From contig CAZLMZ010000001.1 of the NCBI GenBank assembly GCA_964560475.1, positions 538-64,537 on the forward strand: a stretch of DNA of 64,000 nucleotides, in the 5' to 3' direction. A program made the translations under genes and the position numbers. The notes below the pieces were generated by a model, which was not told where the DNA came from, searched no databases, and worked only from the letters and a program-made list of their open reading frames with translations. Origin of the DNA: an uncultured Anaerolineae bacterium. GTDB taxonomy: Bacteria; Chloroflexota; Anaerolineae; JAFGEY01. Position 1 is the first letter of the stretch, and each line of letters starts with the position of its first letter. This document shows, in pieces, positions 55,034 through 64,000 of this stretch.

Positions 55034-56029
55034 ATGAGAGCCGAGCTGATCTATAACGCAAGAGCCGGCCCAATCGCAGTTCGCCACGAGATGGGGGATG
55101 TCCGGGATTACCTGGAGCACCGTGGCTGGAACACCACGATCCGAGAGACGCGGGCACCACTCGAGGCCACTCGACTGGCACGGGAGGCGGCAGAGCGGGG
55201 GATCGAAGTCGTCGTCGCTGTGGGGGGGGATGGCACGGTAAATGAGGTCGCCGCAGGTTTGATCGAGACAGATACAGCGCTGGGTGTCCTCCCTGTTGGG
55301 ACAACGAACGTCTGGGCACTGCAGATGCACATCCCGGCGTTGAATCCGGTCGGGGTGGACTCACAGTTCGCGCGGCTGACTTCTGACCTGGAGCAGCGGA
55401 TCGATCACAAGGTGCCACTGAGCCACTATCGCACCGTACTGCTCAATGCAGCTCACGTCCTGCTGCACGGCGAGGTGGTCTCGGTAGACGTCGGTGTGGC
55501 GAACGACCGGCACTTTTTGCTGTGGTGCGGTGTCGGGCTCGATGCCGCGGTCACAGAGAGCGTGCCCGCGGAACAGAAAAAGTCACTAGGCCCTCTGGCA
55601 TTCGTGGGGACGACGCTCAACAAGCTGCGCGATTACAAGAACGCCTCGGTCACACTCACCCTCGATGGAACGGTGAGACGCGTCGCCACGTCATTGATCG
55701 TGGCGAGCAACATCCAACTGTACGGCGGGATCCTGCCGCTCGGGGCACGGGCCTATGTGAACGATGGCAAGCTCGACGTATGTGTTTTTCACGGCGAGGG
55801 GATTCTACGCTACCTGCAGCACGTGTTCAAAGTTGCGGCGCGCACACACGTCGAGGATACGGAGATCGATTACTACCAGGCCCGGGAGGTGCATGTCGAA
55901 TCGAGCACGCCGCTCCCGGTGCACGTGGACGACGAGCCGTTCTCAGAAACCCCGGTCACCATCGGCGTGCGTCCACGCGCATTGCGGGCTATCGTGCCCC
56001 GGAACGTGCCAAGAGATCTATTCGTGTAG
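55034..56029 (+). CDS. diacylglycerol kinase catalytic-domain lipid kinase (YegS/DagK family)
   Basis: VVVAVGGDGTVNEV ... a DAGK_cat domain. Confidence 0.8.
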   Translation: MRAELIYNARAGPIAVRHEMGDVRDYLEHRGWNTTIRETRAPLEATRLAREAAERGIEVVVAVGGDGTVNEVAAGLIETDTALGVLPVGTTNVWALQMHIPALNPVGVDSQFARLTSDLEQRIDHKVPLSHYRTVLLNAAHVLLHGEVVSVDVGVANDRHFLLWCGVGLDAAVTESVPAEQKKSLGPLAFVGTTLNKLRDYKNASVTLTLDGTVRRVATSLIVASNIQLYGGILPLGARAYVNDGKLDVCVFHGEGILRYLQHVFKVAARTHVEDTEIDYYQAREVHVESSTPLPVHVDDEPFSETPVTIGVRPRALRAIVPRNVPRDLFV

Positions 56030-56050
56030 CAGAGAGGCGTCGCTCTCCCT

Positions 56051-56992
56051 CTAAGAAAAGGCCGACGACTGGACGACGATCCCTTGGCGCGTTTCATGGA
56101 TAGCCATGCCATCTTGCCAGATGCGATAGCTGCAGTCCGCTTCTACAGAGCGGTTGTAACGCGCCACGTACGGCCGCTCCTCTGAGTCAAAGGCATAGAT
56201 CGTCACACCGCCTCGGTAGGACCACGTGAGGTCGTGTAGATCCTGTAGTGCTGTGCTCACAGCCTCGACGACGGACAGCCCCATCTTGACGTACAGCAGC
56301 ACGCTCCGCGCCGTCCCAGAACGGATGGTCATCTCGCCAAAGCCGGTGCAGGAGGCCGCTCCGTAGCGATTGTCGGCATAGTTGCCTGCCCCGATGATGG
56401 GCGAATCTCCGATGCGTCCAGGGTACTTCCACGCCCAGCCGCTCGTACTGACGCCGCTGGCAATGTCTCCATGCTGGTCACGGACCATCAGGCATACTGT
56501 GCCGTGCGCGGTTTCGGGATCTGCCGACATGCGTGCCCAAGGTGCGAGAGGCTGGACCGGCCAACGTTCCCACTGCTCGGGAGTCGTTCTCTGGCGTACC
56601 CAGTCGGCCCAGGTGCTGCGAACGATCTCGGACATCAGGTCACCTGCTTCGGCCCCGATCTCTTGCGCAAAACGGGCTGCGCCCGCGCCGACGAGAAAGA
56701 CGTGGGGGAGTCCAGCCATCACAGCTCTGGCCACTGAGATCGGGTGGAGATAGCCGTGCAGCGCACCTACTGCGCCCGTCTCGAGCGTGCGCCCGTCCAT
56801 GATGCTGGCGTCCAGCTCGTGCTCACCGAGGAGGTTGGGCCAGGCGTCTTGCCCCACGCTGTGCACGTCTGGGGCGGTCTCGACGAGGCGCAGACCTGCC
56901 TCCACGGCGTCTAGCGCGTGACCTCCGGCTTTGACGATGCTCACGGCGGCCTCCATACCGGCTTGAGCTGTACTGCTCCCAAGTACAATCAT
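56051..56992 (-). CDS. isoaspartyl peptidase / L-asparaginase (Ntn-hydrolase, Asparaginase_2)
   Basis: HGTVCLMV, the autoproteolytic Thr region, and GAGNYAD. The start is placed at MIVLGSS with a GAGAGGA RBS. Confidence 0.8.
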   Translation of the reverse strand: MIVLGSSTAQAGMEAAVSIVKAGGHALDAVEAGLRLVETAPDVHSVGQDAWPNLLGEHELDASIMDGRTLETGAVGALHGYLHPISVARAVMAGLPHVFLVGAGAARFAQEIGAEAGDLMSEIVRSTWADWVRQRTTPEQWERWPVQPLAPWARMSADPETAHGTVCLMVRDQHGDIASGVSTSGWAWKYPGRIGDSPIIGAGNYADNRYGAASCTGFGEMTIRSGTARSVLLYVKMGLSVVEAVSTALQDLHDLTWSYRGGVTIYAFDSEERPYVARYNRSVEADCSYRIWQDGMAIHETRQGIVVQSSAFS

Positions 56993-57002
56993 GTGATCCT
57001 CT

Positions 57003-57902
57003 CTATCGAATGCGCGGGTCGAGTGCGTCACGCAGCCCATCGCCCATCAGGTTGACGGCGAGCACGGTGATAGTCATCATTGCGCCTGGTACGAGGACGA
57101 TCCAGGGCGCCTGGCGGAGAAAGCCTCGTCCCTGGTCGATCATTGCTCCCCATTCCGCCATAGGTGGCTGAGCGCCCAGCCCCAGGAAACTGAGCGCTGC
57201 ACCACTGAGGATCGCCCACCCGATGTCGAGCGCGGCGAGGGCAATGATCGCGGGCAGCACATTAGGCAAGATGTGGCGGATCAAGATGCGCGTGTCCGTG
57301 CAGCCAACGATGCGCGCGGCCCTGACGAACCATGCACGCTCCAGGCGTGCGGTGTTGGCACGTACGACGCGGATATAGCGTGGCATCGCGGCCAAGCCGA
57401 CGGCAATCATCGCGTTCTGGACGCCCGCGCCCAGCCAGGCGATGATCAACAGTGCGAGCAGAATGCTGGGAAAAGCGAGCATGATATCGGTGACCCTGAC
57501 CACCAGCGCATCCACCCATCCTCCTTGATAGCCAGCAATCAGGCCCAACCAGAGCCCCGGCAATAGGGCGGTGACGACGGCTAACAATCCAACCGGGAGT
57601 GACACCCTCCCACCATAGAACGTGCGGCACATGACATCGCGTCCGAACTGGTCCGTGCCCAGCCAGTACTGGGAGGTAGGGCCCTGCAAGCGAGTCTCGG
57701 CGTGTATTGTGTTCGGATCACAGCCAGTGAGCACAGGACCGAGAGCAGCCAGGCAGAGCACCAAGCCGAGAAGCACGAGGCCAGCGATGGCGTCGGGCAT
57801 CTGGTACCAAGCACGACGCCTGGGCAGTATGGGAATAGGTCGATAGGGTGGGTGTTTGCGCGTCGGGATCGGATAGCTGCGGACGGGAGGGGACTTGGCC
57901 AT
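57003..57902 (-). CDS. ABC peptide transporter permease (DppC/OppC-like)
   Basis: The BPD_transp_1 EAA region and the OppC N-terminal architecture. Confidence 0.8.
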   Translation of the reverse strand: MAKSPPVRSYPIPTRKHPPYRPIPILPRRRAWYQMPDAIAGLVLLGLVLCLAALGPVLTGCDPNTIHAETRLQGPTSQYWLGTDQFGRDVMCRTFYGGRVSLPVGLLAVVTALLPGLWLGLIAGYQGGWVDALVVRVTDIMLAFPSILLALLIIAWLGAGVQNAMIAVGLAAMPRYIRVVRANTARLERAWFVRAARIVGCTDTRILIRHILPNVLPAIIALAALDIGWAILSGAALSFLGLGAQPPMAEWGAMIDQGRGFLRQAPWIVLVPGAMMTITVLAVNLMGDGLRDALDPRIR

Positions 57903-57904
57903 AG

Positions 57905-58828
57905 CTAGCGTTCGCAGACGGTTGGATCGAAATAGCAGTGAGCCAGGTCTACGATGAGATTGATCCCTGTATAGATCGCTGCACTCACGAGTACGGTGCC
58001 CTGGATGACAGGGTAATCATAGTACAGGATCGCTTCGACCAGCGTCCGTCCGAGGCCCTGCCGCGCAAACACACTCTCGGTGATCACGGCGCCGCCCAGC
58101 ATAAAGCCGAACTGCAGTCCCACGAGGTTGAGCAGCGTCGGCAGCGTGGTGCGCAGTGCGTGCCGAATAAGGACCTGGATCTCGCTGAGTCCCTTGGCGC
58201 GAGCCACCCGGATGTAGTCCTTGTCGAGCACTTCGAGTAGCTGCGTACGTACGACTCGGGCGATACTGCCCGACGAGGCCAAGCCCATCGCTGTGGCTGG
58301 CAGTACCAGGTGAAGCGGCGTGCCCTGACCGGTCGCAGGCAGCCATCTCAGCGCCAGGCTAAAGGCGAGGATGAGAAGCAGCCCGGAGAGGGCGATGGGC
58401 ACAGAGACACCCAGCACGGCTATGCCCATGCACACCCGGTCGATCCAGGTTCCCTGGTGCATCGCGGCCAGGATCCCGAGCACAAGCCCCAGGGCAACCG
58501 CCAGTACGATCGCGGTCGTGGCAAGCGCCAGCGTGGCCGGAGCTTGTTGGGCGATCATTGCGGCGACAGACTGGCCAGTGAAGATAGAGCGCCCCAGGTC
58601 CAGGCGTGCGATATCAGAGAGATAGGCGAGGTACTGGGTACTGAGCGGCTTGTCGAGACCGTACTGCGTGCGCAGTTGGTTCAACAGTGCCGACGAGCCT
58701 CCTGCCTGTGCGGCGAGGACGCTCGCCGGGTCTCCAGACAGCACGCGTACTGCCAGAAACACAAGAGTGGCGATGCCAAGAAACGTCGGCAACGTCCCAA
58801 GGACGCGCTGGGTCATGTACTGCTGCAC
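57905..58828 (-). CDS. ABC peptide transporter permease (DppB/OppB-like)
   Basis: MQQYMTQRVLGTLPTFLGIATLVFL ..., the typical DppB N-terminus. Confidence 0.8.
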   Translation of the reverse strand: MQQYMTQRVLGTLPTFLGIATLVFLAVRVLSGDPASVLAAQAGGSSALLNQLRTQYGLDKPLSTQYLAYLSDIARLDLGRSIFTGQSVAAMIAQQAPATLALATTAIVLAVALGLVLGILAAMHQGTWIDRVCMGIAVLGVSVPIALSGLLLILAFSLALRWLPATGQGTPLHLVLPATAMGLASSGSIARVVRTQLLEVLDKDYIRVARAKGLSEIQVLIRHALRTTLPTLLNLVGLQFGFMLGGAVITESVFARQGLGRTLVEAILYYDYPVIQGTVLVSAAIYTGINLIVDLAHCYFDPTVCER

Positions 58829-58897
58829 GGATACGAATTCTCTCTCTGGGAGCCCCCTTGGCGCGGCGGCTCTCGCTCCTCTCTGCCTATAGCGAGG

Positions 58898-60481
58898 TTA
58901 CTTGACCTCGACGCCGTACAGCCAGGGGAACCAACCCTGCGCATCGAACCGAAGGCCCTCTACGCTCGACGATGCACCGTTGAGGTTCACATAGTCACGG
59001 ATCGGAAGGATCAGCGCCTCTTCCATGATGCGTTCCTGGATCTGGGCATAGATGCGCGCTCGCTCGACCGCGTCTTGTGCCTGTATGCCCAGGTCCAGCA
59101 GGTGATCCAGCTCTGGATCGCGCACCTTTGACCAGTTAAAGCCGCCCTCCACGTTGCTCGAGTAGAAGGTCGAATCGAGAATGCTCGGGTCGCTGCTCGA
59201 CAGGGTGAACGGGATGAGATGATAGTTCCCCTCGGCAGCAGTTTGCACCAACGCAGGATAGGCGGCGATGACTTGCATATCGAGCTCGATCCCGACCTGC
59301 TCGTACTGCTGCTTGAGTACCTGTCCTACCTCTGGCACAAAGCCCCAACTCGACAGGATCGTCTGCAGCGCCAGCCTTTGCCCGTCGCGCTCTCTGATCC
59401 CATCCCCATTGCTGTCCACCCAGCCGGCCTCGTCGAGGAGCGCACGAGCACGATCGGGATCAAAGGGGTACATTGATTCGACGCTGTCGGTATAGCCCCA
59501 CGTGACGCGGGTCAAGGGACCGTAGGCAGGTGGTGAATAGCCCATAAAGACGACATCCACGATCTCTTGCCGGTCGGCGGCGTAGAGCAGTGCCTGCCGC
59601 ACCCGGATGTCATCTGTGGGGGCTCTTTCCGTGTTCAGGTACATCTGCAGGGATAGGCCGGGGACCGGCACGGTGATCAACTGAAAGTCCGGGTCGGCGT
59701 CGAGCCGCGCGGCGTCAGCCGGCGGGATCTCTCCCATCACCTGGACCTGGCCCGACTCGAGGGCCGGAGAGCGGGTCGCTGCATCGACAAAGAAGCGGAA
59801 TTCGATCTCGTTCAGCGACGGCGGTCCCTGGCGCGCAAAGAACGAGGGTGCCCACTGGTAGTCCGGGTTCCGCTCCAGCGTGATCTGGTCGTTGGGGGTG
59901 TACTCCTTGAAAGTGAAAGGTCCTGTCCCGACCTGGTGGAACTGGTACTCATCGCCCCATTTGGCTAACGCCGTTGGCGAGGCCATGGCCAGGTAGACCT
60001 GGCTGGCAGCACTCAGGAAGGGCGCATAGGGGCTAGTAAACGTGACGCGAGCCGTGTATTCGTCGGCAACCTCGCAGGCATCGTAGGGCCCGAGCAAACT
60101 GCGCGCCTTGGCTGAGCGTGTCTCGGGATTGGCAATGCGGTCGAGGTTGACACACACGGCATCGGCATTGAACGGTGTGCCGTCGTGGAAGGTGACATCC
60201 TGCCGCAAGTAGAAGGTGTACGAGGTGCCATCCTGCGATATCTGCCAGCGTTCGGCGAGGCCAGGGACGAATTCCCCCTCCAGAGTGAGCCAGACGAGCG
60301 GGTCGTACACGCTCGTAAGCGGGATGCCGAGCTCGGATGAGGCGCCCACGTGGGGGTCGATGCTCGACGGCGAGAGCGTGAGGCCGTAGACCAGTCTGCC
60401 CTGGCCGGTCGCGGCACGACATGCGCCTGCAACCAGCAGCAGGCAGATCCCAACTGCCATGATCCGAAGGGTATGACGCAT
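58898..60481 (-). CDS. ABC transporter substrate-binding protein, family 5 (peptide/nickel)
   Basis: A signal peptide (MRHTLRIMAVGICLLLVAGACRA) and SBP_bac_5 architecture across ~527 aa. Confidence 0.8.
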   Translation of the reverse strand: MRHTLRIMAVGICLLLVAGACRAATGQGRLVYGLTLSPSSIDPHVGASSELGIPLTSVYDPLVWLTLEGEFVPGLAERWQISQDGTSYTFYLRQDVTFHDGTPFNADAVCVNLDRIANPETRSAKARSLLGPYDACEVADEYTARVTFTSPYAPFLSAASQVYLAMASPTALAKWGDEYQFHQVGTGPFTFKEYTPNDQITLERNPDYQWAPSFFARQGPPSLNEIEFRFFVDAATRSPALESGQVQVMGEIPPADAARLDADPDFQLITVPVPGLSLQMYLNTERAPTDDIRVRQALLYAADRQEIVDVVFMGYSPPAYGPLTRVTWGYTDSVESMYPFDPDRARALLDEAGWVDSNGDGIRERDGQRLALQTILSSWGFVPEVGQVLKQQYEQVGIELDMQVIAAYPALVQTAAEGNYHLIPFTLSSSDPSILDSTFYSSNVEGGFNWSKVRDPELDHLLDLGIQAQDAVERARIYAQIQERIMEEALILPIRDYVNLNGASSSVEGLRFDAQGWFPWLYGVEVK

Positions 60482-60605
60482 GTGATCTCCTCCACGAGAC
60501 GGCGTTTCGCCGTAGGTAACCGTGCTCTGCGCACTGCGCCCGAGGCGCTCAGACCCGGGTCACCAGAGCGCGTGCTCCGCGCGGCACAAGGTGCGCCTCC
60601 CCATG

Positions 60606-61415
60606 CTAGGATGAGCACTCGTTGGACTGCTTCAGGGACGACGCATCATCCAGTGCCGAGAGCGCCAGGGCGCGTGCGGCGCGCGCGCCCTGGTCAAGGA
60701 AGACGGTGTCGATCCCGATGCAGAGGAGGTTGTAGCCGTCAGCGACGGTGCGCTGGACGGCAGCCAACGTGGGACGCACGAGAAGGAGTCCCACGGACTT
60801 GACTGCGGCGTCGCAGGCAGCGATCACCCGCTGGCACGCTTCACGGACCCGGGGATCCTCGGTCTGGCCTGGGACGCCATAGGAACCCGAGAGATCGTAC
60901 GGGCCGATAAAGACCGCGTCTATGCCGGGCACGGCAGCGATCTCTTCGATCTGCTCGACCCCTTGGCGGCTCTCGATCATCACGATGACTGTCGTGGACT
61001 CGTTGGCCGACCGGGCCTCGGCATCAAAGTTGACTCCCCAGTCGTTGGCGCGCGAGAAGGAAAAACCGCGCACTCCCAGCGGAGGGTACTTGGCTGCAGC
61101 GACCGCGCGTCGGGCCTCGTCGGCCGTGTTGACGAATGGCACCAATACGCCTGCCGCCCCGACGTCGAGCGCGCGTCGAATCTCTAGCACGTCGTTGCGA
61201 GTGACGCGTGCAATAGGCGTGACGCCACGCCCGTACATACCACGGAGCAATTGGGTGAGCGACGAGATATCGATGTCGGTGTGCTCGATGTCGATCGCGA
61301 TCCAGTCAAAGCCGGCGTTGGCGAGGACCTCTGCTGCGGTGGCACTATTGATCTGGAGCCAGGTGCCGAGAATGACGTCTCTTTGGAGCAGGGCGCGGCG
61401 AAAGGCATTATCCAT
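60606..61415 (-). CDS. HpcH/HpaI family aldolase (citrate-lyase beta-like)
   Basis: A TIM-barrel aldolase family (GFDWIAIDIEHT ... VLVPFVNTADEA). Confidence 0.8.
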   Translation of the reverse strand: MDNAFRRALLQRDVILGTWLQINSATAAEVLANAGFDWIAIDIEHTDIDISSLTQLLRGMYGRGVTPIARVTRNDVLEIRRALDVGAAGVLVPFVNTADEARRAVAAAKYPPLGVRGFSFSRANDWGVNFDAEARSANESTTVIVMIESRQGVEQIEEIAAVPGIDAVFIGPYDLSGSYGVPGQTEDPRVREACQRVIAACDAAVKSVGLLLVRPTLAAVQRTVADGYNLLCIGIDTVFLDQGARAARALALSALDDASSLKQSNECSS

Positions 61416-61482
61416 GGCGATTCCTTCTCCTCCTCTGGCATGGGCAAGCCGGCATGGATATGCTCACCTGTCCATTCACCGG

Positions 61483-61522
61483 GACAAGATAAGCTCCCGC
61501 CGTCTATCGACAAGCGGGAGCT
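61483..61522 (-). terminator. terminator hairpin 3' of the tRNA cluster
   Basis: A 9-bp perfect stem (AGCTCCCGC / GCGGGAGCT) with a 13-nt loop, followed on the minus strand by UAUCUUGU. Confidence 0.45.
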
Positions 61523-61525
61523 GTT

Positions 61526-61601
61526 TGGCGCGCCCGGCGGGACTCGAACCCACAACCTTCGCTTTCGTAGAGCGGTGCTCTATCCATTGAGCCACGGGCG
61601 C
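61526..61601 (-). tRNA. tRNA-Arg (anticodon ACG), CCA encoded
   Basis: Cloverleaf folded by hand: 7-bp acceptor stem GCGCCCG/CGGGCGC, D-arm GCTC/GAGC, anticodon loop CU-ACG-AA, T-loop TTCGAGT, terminal CCA. Confidence 0.85.
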
Positions 61602-61615
61602 ACATTCGTTATCAG

Positions 61616-61705
61616 CGGGGAGGCAGGGATTCGAACCCTGGAAGGAGCTTTTGACCCCTTAACCGCTTAGCAGGCGGCCCCATTCGACCACTCTGGCACC
61701 TCCCC
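61616..61705 (-). tRNA. tRNA-Ser (anticodon GCU), type II with long variable arm, no encoded CCA
   Basis: Acceptor stem GGGGAGG/CCTCCCC, anticodon loop CU-GCU-AA, long variable arm, T-loop TTCGAAT. Confidence 0.85.
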
Positions 61706-61720
61706 TTGGCTGTTCTGCAG

Positions 61721-61807
61721 CGGAGGGAGAGGGATTCGAACCCCCGGTGACCTTGCGGCCACAACGGTTTTCAAGACCGCCGCCATCGTCCACTCGGCCA
61801 TCCCTCC
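61721..61807 (-). tRNA. tRNA-Ser (anticodon UGA), type II, no encoded CCA
   Basis: Acceptor stem GGAGGGA/TCCCTCC, anticodon loop CU-UGA-AA, long variable arm, T-loop TTCGAAT. Confidence 0.85.
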
Positions 61808-61928
61808 AGGTTGGCACCAACTCTCTGTCCGACGCGAAAACTAGTATAGCAGAAGTCGATGCAGCTGTCAAACACCAAATCTGATGTCTGGCACTTGGCG
61901 ACCAGGGCACATTGCCGATGCGCGCTCG

Positions 61929-62825
61929 CTATGGCGAGAAATGGCGGCGGACGAAAGTCTGAAGCTGGGCACGCTCTTCAGATATGCCCTCGCTCAGCCG
62001 TCCGGCTGCCACGACCGGGAGCCAGGACGTGGCCCGCTCGCGAATGCCGGGGCAGTGCTGCTCGTAGCTCCTGAGATAGGCCCATCGTGCCATGCGGCGG
62101 AGCACGTCCCGCCACGACCTGAATCGAGCCTCCGGTGGAGAAGCACCTCCGGAAAGGAGCAGTGTGCGGGCGACATCTGCGGCCGGATCGCCGACCGAGG
62201 CATCGATCCAGTCGATGATCACCAGCCCCTGGGGGGAGATCAGCACATTATCGGGATGGAAATCACCGTGGCAGAGGCTGTCTCCTTCTGGAAGGTGGGC
62301 GAGTCGATCCAGTACGCGCGCTTTGAGGCCTTTGTCTGGCAGCAGCGCGCGGCCGATCTTGGCCGCAAGGCGGTCCTTGAGCGAGGATAGGCCGGGGGCT
62401 GTGTGCGCATGGATCTCATAGTGCAGGACGGCAAGGTCGCGAAACGCGGCTATCACCTTCCAGGGATGCGGCGACAGGCTCGCAAGCAGCGAGGTGCCCT
62501 CTATCCGCTCATAGAACACGCCCCACCGCCCGCCAACCTGCACCATATCGCCTACCGCAGGCACGGACAGACCACTCTCGTGCACTGCACGCGCAATCTC
62601 ACGCTCCCGCTGGACGGCCTCCCGAGGCATCCAATCGTCGAAGAGCTTGAGGACCCACGAATCTTGCCATGCATAGATCTCGGCCGTACGCCCGCGGGCA
62701 ACGGGCGATCCCAGTCCATCTAGCCGAGGAATACGGTGCGGCGGTTCGCTCACGTAAGCACCCGGAGGACGAGTAACTGTCTCCTCAACTGGCGTGGTGT
62801 GCGGATCAGGCAGGCGATGCGGCAT
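61929..62825 (-). CDS. aminoglycoside phosphotransferase (APH) family protein kinase-like enzyme
   Basis: The catalytic loop (LCHGDFHPDNVLI) and IDWIDAS (the DFG equivalent). Confidence 0.8.
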   Translation of the reverse strand: MPHRLPDPHTTPVEETVTRPPGAYVSEPPHRIPRLDGLGSPVARGRTAEIYAWQDSWVLKLFDDWMPREAVQREREIARAVHESGLSVPAVGDMVQVGGRWGVFYERIEGTSLLASLSPHPWKVIAAFRDLAVLHYEIHAHTAPGLSSLKDRLAAKIGRALLPDKGLKARVLDRLAHLPEGDSLCHGDFHPDNVLISPQGLVIIDWIDASVGDPAADVARTLLLSGGASPPEARFRSWRDVLRRMARWAYLRSYEQHCPGIRERATSWLPVVAAGRLSEGISEERAQLQTFVRRHFSP

Positions 62826-62863
62826 CGGGAAACAGACTCCTGGTACCGGCCTGGTGGAAAGCG

Positions 62864-64000
62864 CTATGCCAGGTACGGGATCGTCATTGGCCCTTGCGGC
62901 AATACGCAGAGGCGCGGTCCATAGTCTGCGATCAGCCTATCGAGCGTCGCCTCGATGTCGCGGCACGGAGTCAGCATCGCGTGCCGGATCTGCTCGTCGG
63001 ATAGACCATCAGCATAGATGTGGATATCTGCATGCAGGCATAGCCTGGCGTGCAGGAAAGCCTCCCACTGATCGAGTGCCCGAAAGTCCGGAGCCGTAAC
63101 CTGATCCCACAATTGCTGTGGAGACGACGCTTCCCATAGTAGCTTCTTGTAGTTGCCGTGGTCGGGGATGCCGTCCCAACATTGGCTCGCAACGAGGATC
63201 GCTCCACCCTTGCGGACAATCTGTGCCGCAGCAGAGATACCCTTCACCGTCTGGTAGAGATCCAGGTCGAGCGGATATCCGGCATTCGTGGTCAAGGCGA
63301 CGTCGAACAGCTCCTCGACCGCCACCATGGCCGATTCACGGACATACGTGGTGCCCGCCTCGTGGGCAGCGACCAGGTCTCCGGCAAAGACGCCAGTGAT
63401 CTGCTTGTCACGGTTGAGGGAGACGTTGAACAAGAAATCGGGCTCTGTCATCTTGGCAACCTCGAGCATCTCTTCCCAGATCGGGTTGCCGTGCGTGACG
63501 CCCCAGGTTGCCTTTGGATTGGAGAGCATCTGCCCACTGTGATTGTCGAGGATGGTCTCGGCGCCCGAAACGGCGGGCAAGACGGCCTTGGGTCCTCCGC
63601 TGAACCCGGCAAAGATGTGCGGCTCGATAAAGCCGGTCAGGATCTTGACATCCGCTTCCAGATAGTCGCGGTTGACCCAGGCGTCGCGTCCGAATTGGGT
63701 CTTGCCCACGCGGACCACCTTTTCCGCTTCGGTTGCCCGATGCTGCACAACGCGGTAGCGACCCAGGATTGTGTCGCCAACCATCTCTCTGAGCTCGGCC
63801 TGTGTGTTGGGCCGGTGTGTGGCCAGGCCGTTGATCAAGGTGATCTGCTGCGGTGGAACCACGCTGATCTCGTCCAGGAGCAGGGGCAACATGCGCTTAC
63901 GCGGCTGGGGGCGAGTCAGATCGCTGAAGACGATGGCGACACTCGTGTCGGGGGAGACCAGGTCGCGCACAGGTGGTGCGCCAGTGGGTGCGCCCAGCGC
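62864..64000 (-). CDS. LarA-like lactate racemase family protein (N-terminus beyond the window)
   Basis: A DUF2088/LarA N-domain (GFIEPHIFAGFSGGPK, the His-rich Ni-pincer region). The frame remains open to the window edge. Confidence 0.65.
   Translation of the reverse strand, partial: ALGAPTGAPPVRDLVSPDTSVAIVFSDLTRPQPRKRMLPLLLDEISVVPPQQITLINGLATHRPNTQAELREMVGDTILGRYRVVQHRATEAEKVVRVGKTQFGRDAWVNRDYLEADVKILTGFIEPHIFAGFSGGPKAVLPAVSGAETILDNHSGQMLSNPKATWGVTHGNPIWEEMLEVAKMTEPDFLFNVSLNRDKQITGVFAGDLVAAHEAGTTYVRESAMVAVEELFDVALTTNAGYPLDLDLYQTVKGISAAAQIVRKGGAILVASQCWDGIPDHGNYKKLLWEASSPQQLWDQVTAPDFRALDQWEAFLHARLCLHADIHIYADGLSDEQIRHAMLTPCRDIEATLDRLIADYGPRLCVLPQGPMTIPYLA

Noticed and set aside
1-64000. Mobile elements, prophage or integrons
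   Set aside because: No transposase, integrase, recombinase, phage structural genes, attC-like sites or terminal inverted repeats were recognised in any frame.

Overview
This is a high-GC (~65-68%) bacterial chromosomal window, densely coding (about 57 genes) with no transposases, integrases, phage genes or CRISPR arrays. The lineage cannot be fixed from this alone; the archaeal-type phosphoglycerate mutase, LonC-like protease and single-polypeptide cyclic glucan synthase would fit a thermophilic Chloroflexota/Thermomicrobia-like or Deinococcota-like organism.

Main content by position:
- 1..24500: a stress-themed stretch. It holds a giant (2879 aa) cyclic beta-1,2-glucan synthase translationally coupled to a tandem universal stress protein (USP), then a small standalone diadenylate-cyclase-like protein, OsmC, an FAD oxidoreductase, an orphan OmpR-type response regulator, a cbpA / MerR-like / Lon-like protease / USP proteostasis cluster, ApgM, PncB and a PRC-barrel/BON protein.
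- 24500..32350: TetR regulator, an ECF sigma / zinc-finger anti-sigma pair with a GNAT acetyltransferase and a Cys-type sulfatase, a nitroreductase, a PepF-family peptidase and a second sulfatase.
- 32360..36500: a dedicated ECF vitamin transporter operon (S component, EcfA, EcfA', EcfT) ending in type III pantothenate kinase.
- 36500..47200: alanine dehydrogenase, a standalone methionine-synthase reactivation domain, RluA, a Zn alcohol dehydrogenase, a second nitroreductase, a PfkB kinase, a bacterial RIO kinase, a UDG-like protein, a Gfo/Idh/MocA oxidoreductase and a saccharopine-dehydrogenase-like protein.
- 47200..64000: a nucleoside-type ABC transporter (BMP binding protein), an M55 peptidase overlapping malQ, a DagK-like lipid kinase, an isoaspartyl peptidase with a peptide ABC importer, an HpcH aldolase, a tRNA Arg-Ser-Ser cluster, an APH-like kinase and a partial LarA-like gene.

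Signals most worth follow-up:
- An attenuator-like leader upstream of the RIO kinase: a textbook sigma70 promoter with a palindromic spacer, a 22-codon micro-ORF with a strong Shine-Dalgarno sequence, and four hairpin segments able to form mutually exclusive structures.
- A 36-nt intergenic motif present twice (31/36 identical) upstream of osmC and the PRC-barrel/BON gene.
- A standalone DAC-like domain with an altered RHR motif sitting between the glucan synthase and osmC.
- A long TATAAT-driven leader on the ECF transporter / coaX operon, a riboswitch candidate.
- A LonC-like protease with a degenerate P-loop, co-oriented with cbpA, a MerR-like regulator and a USP.

All calls are from reading the sequence and the ORF track; no database searches were run.
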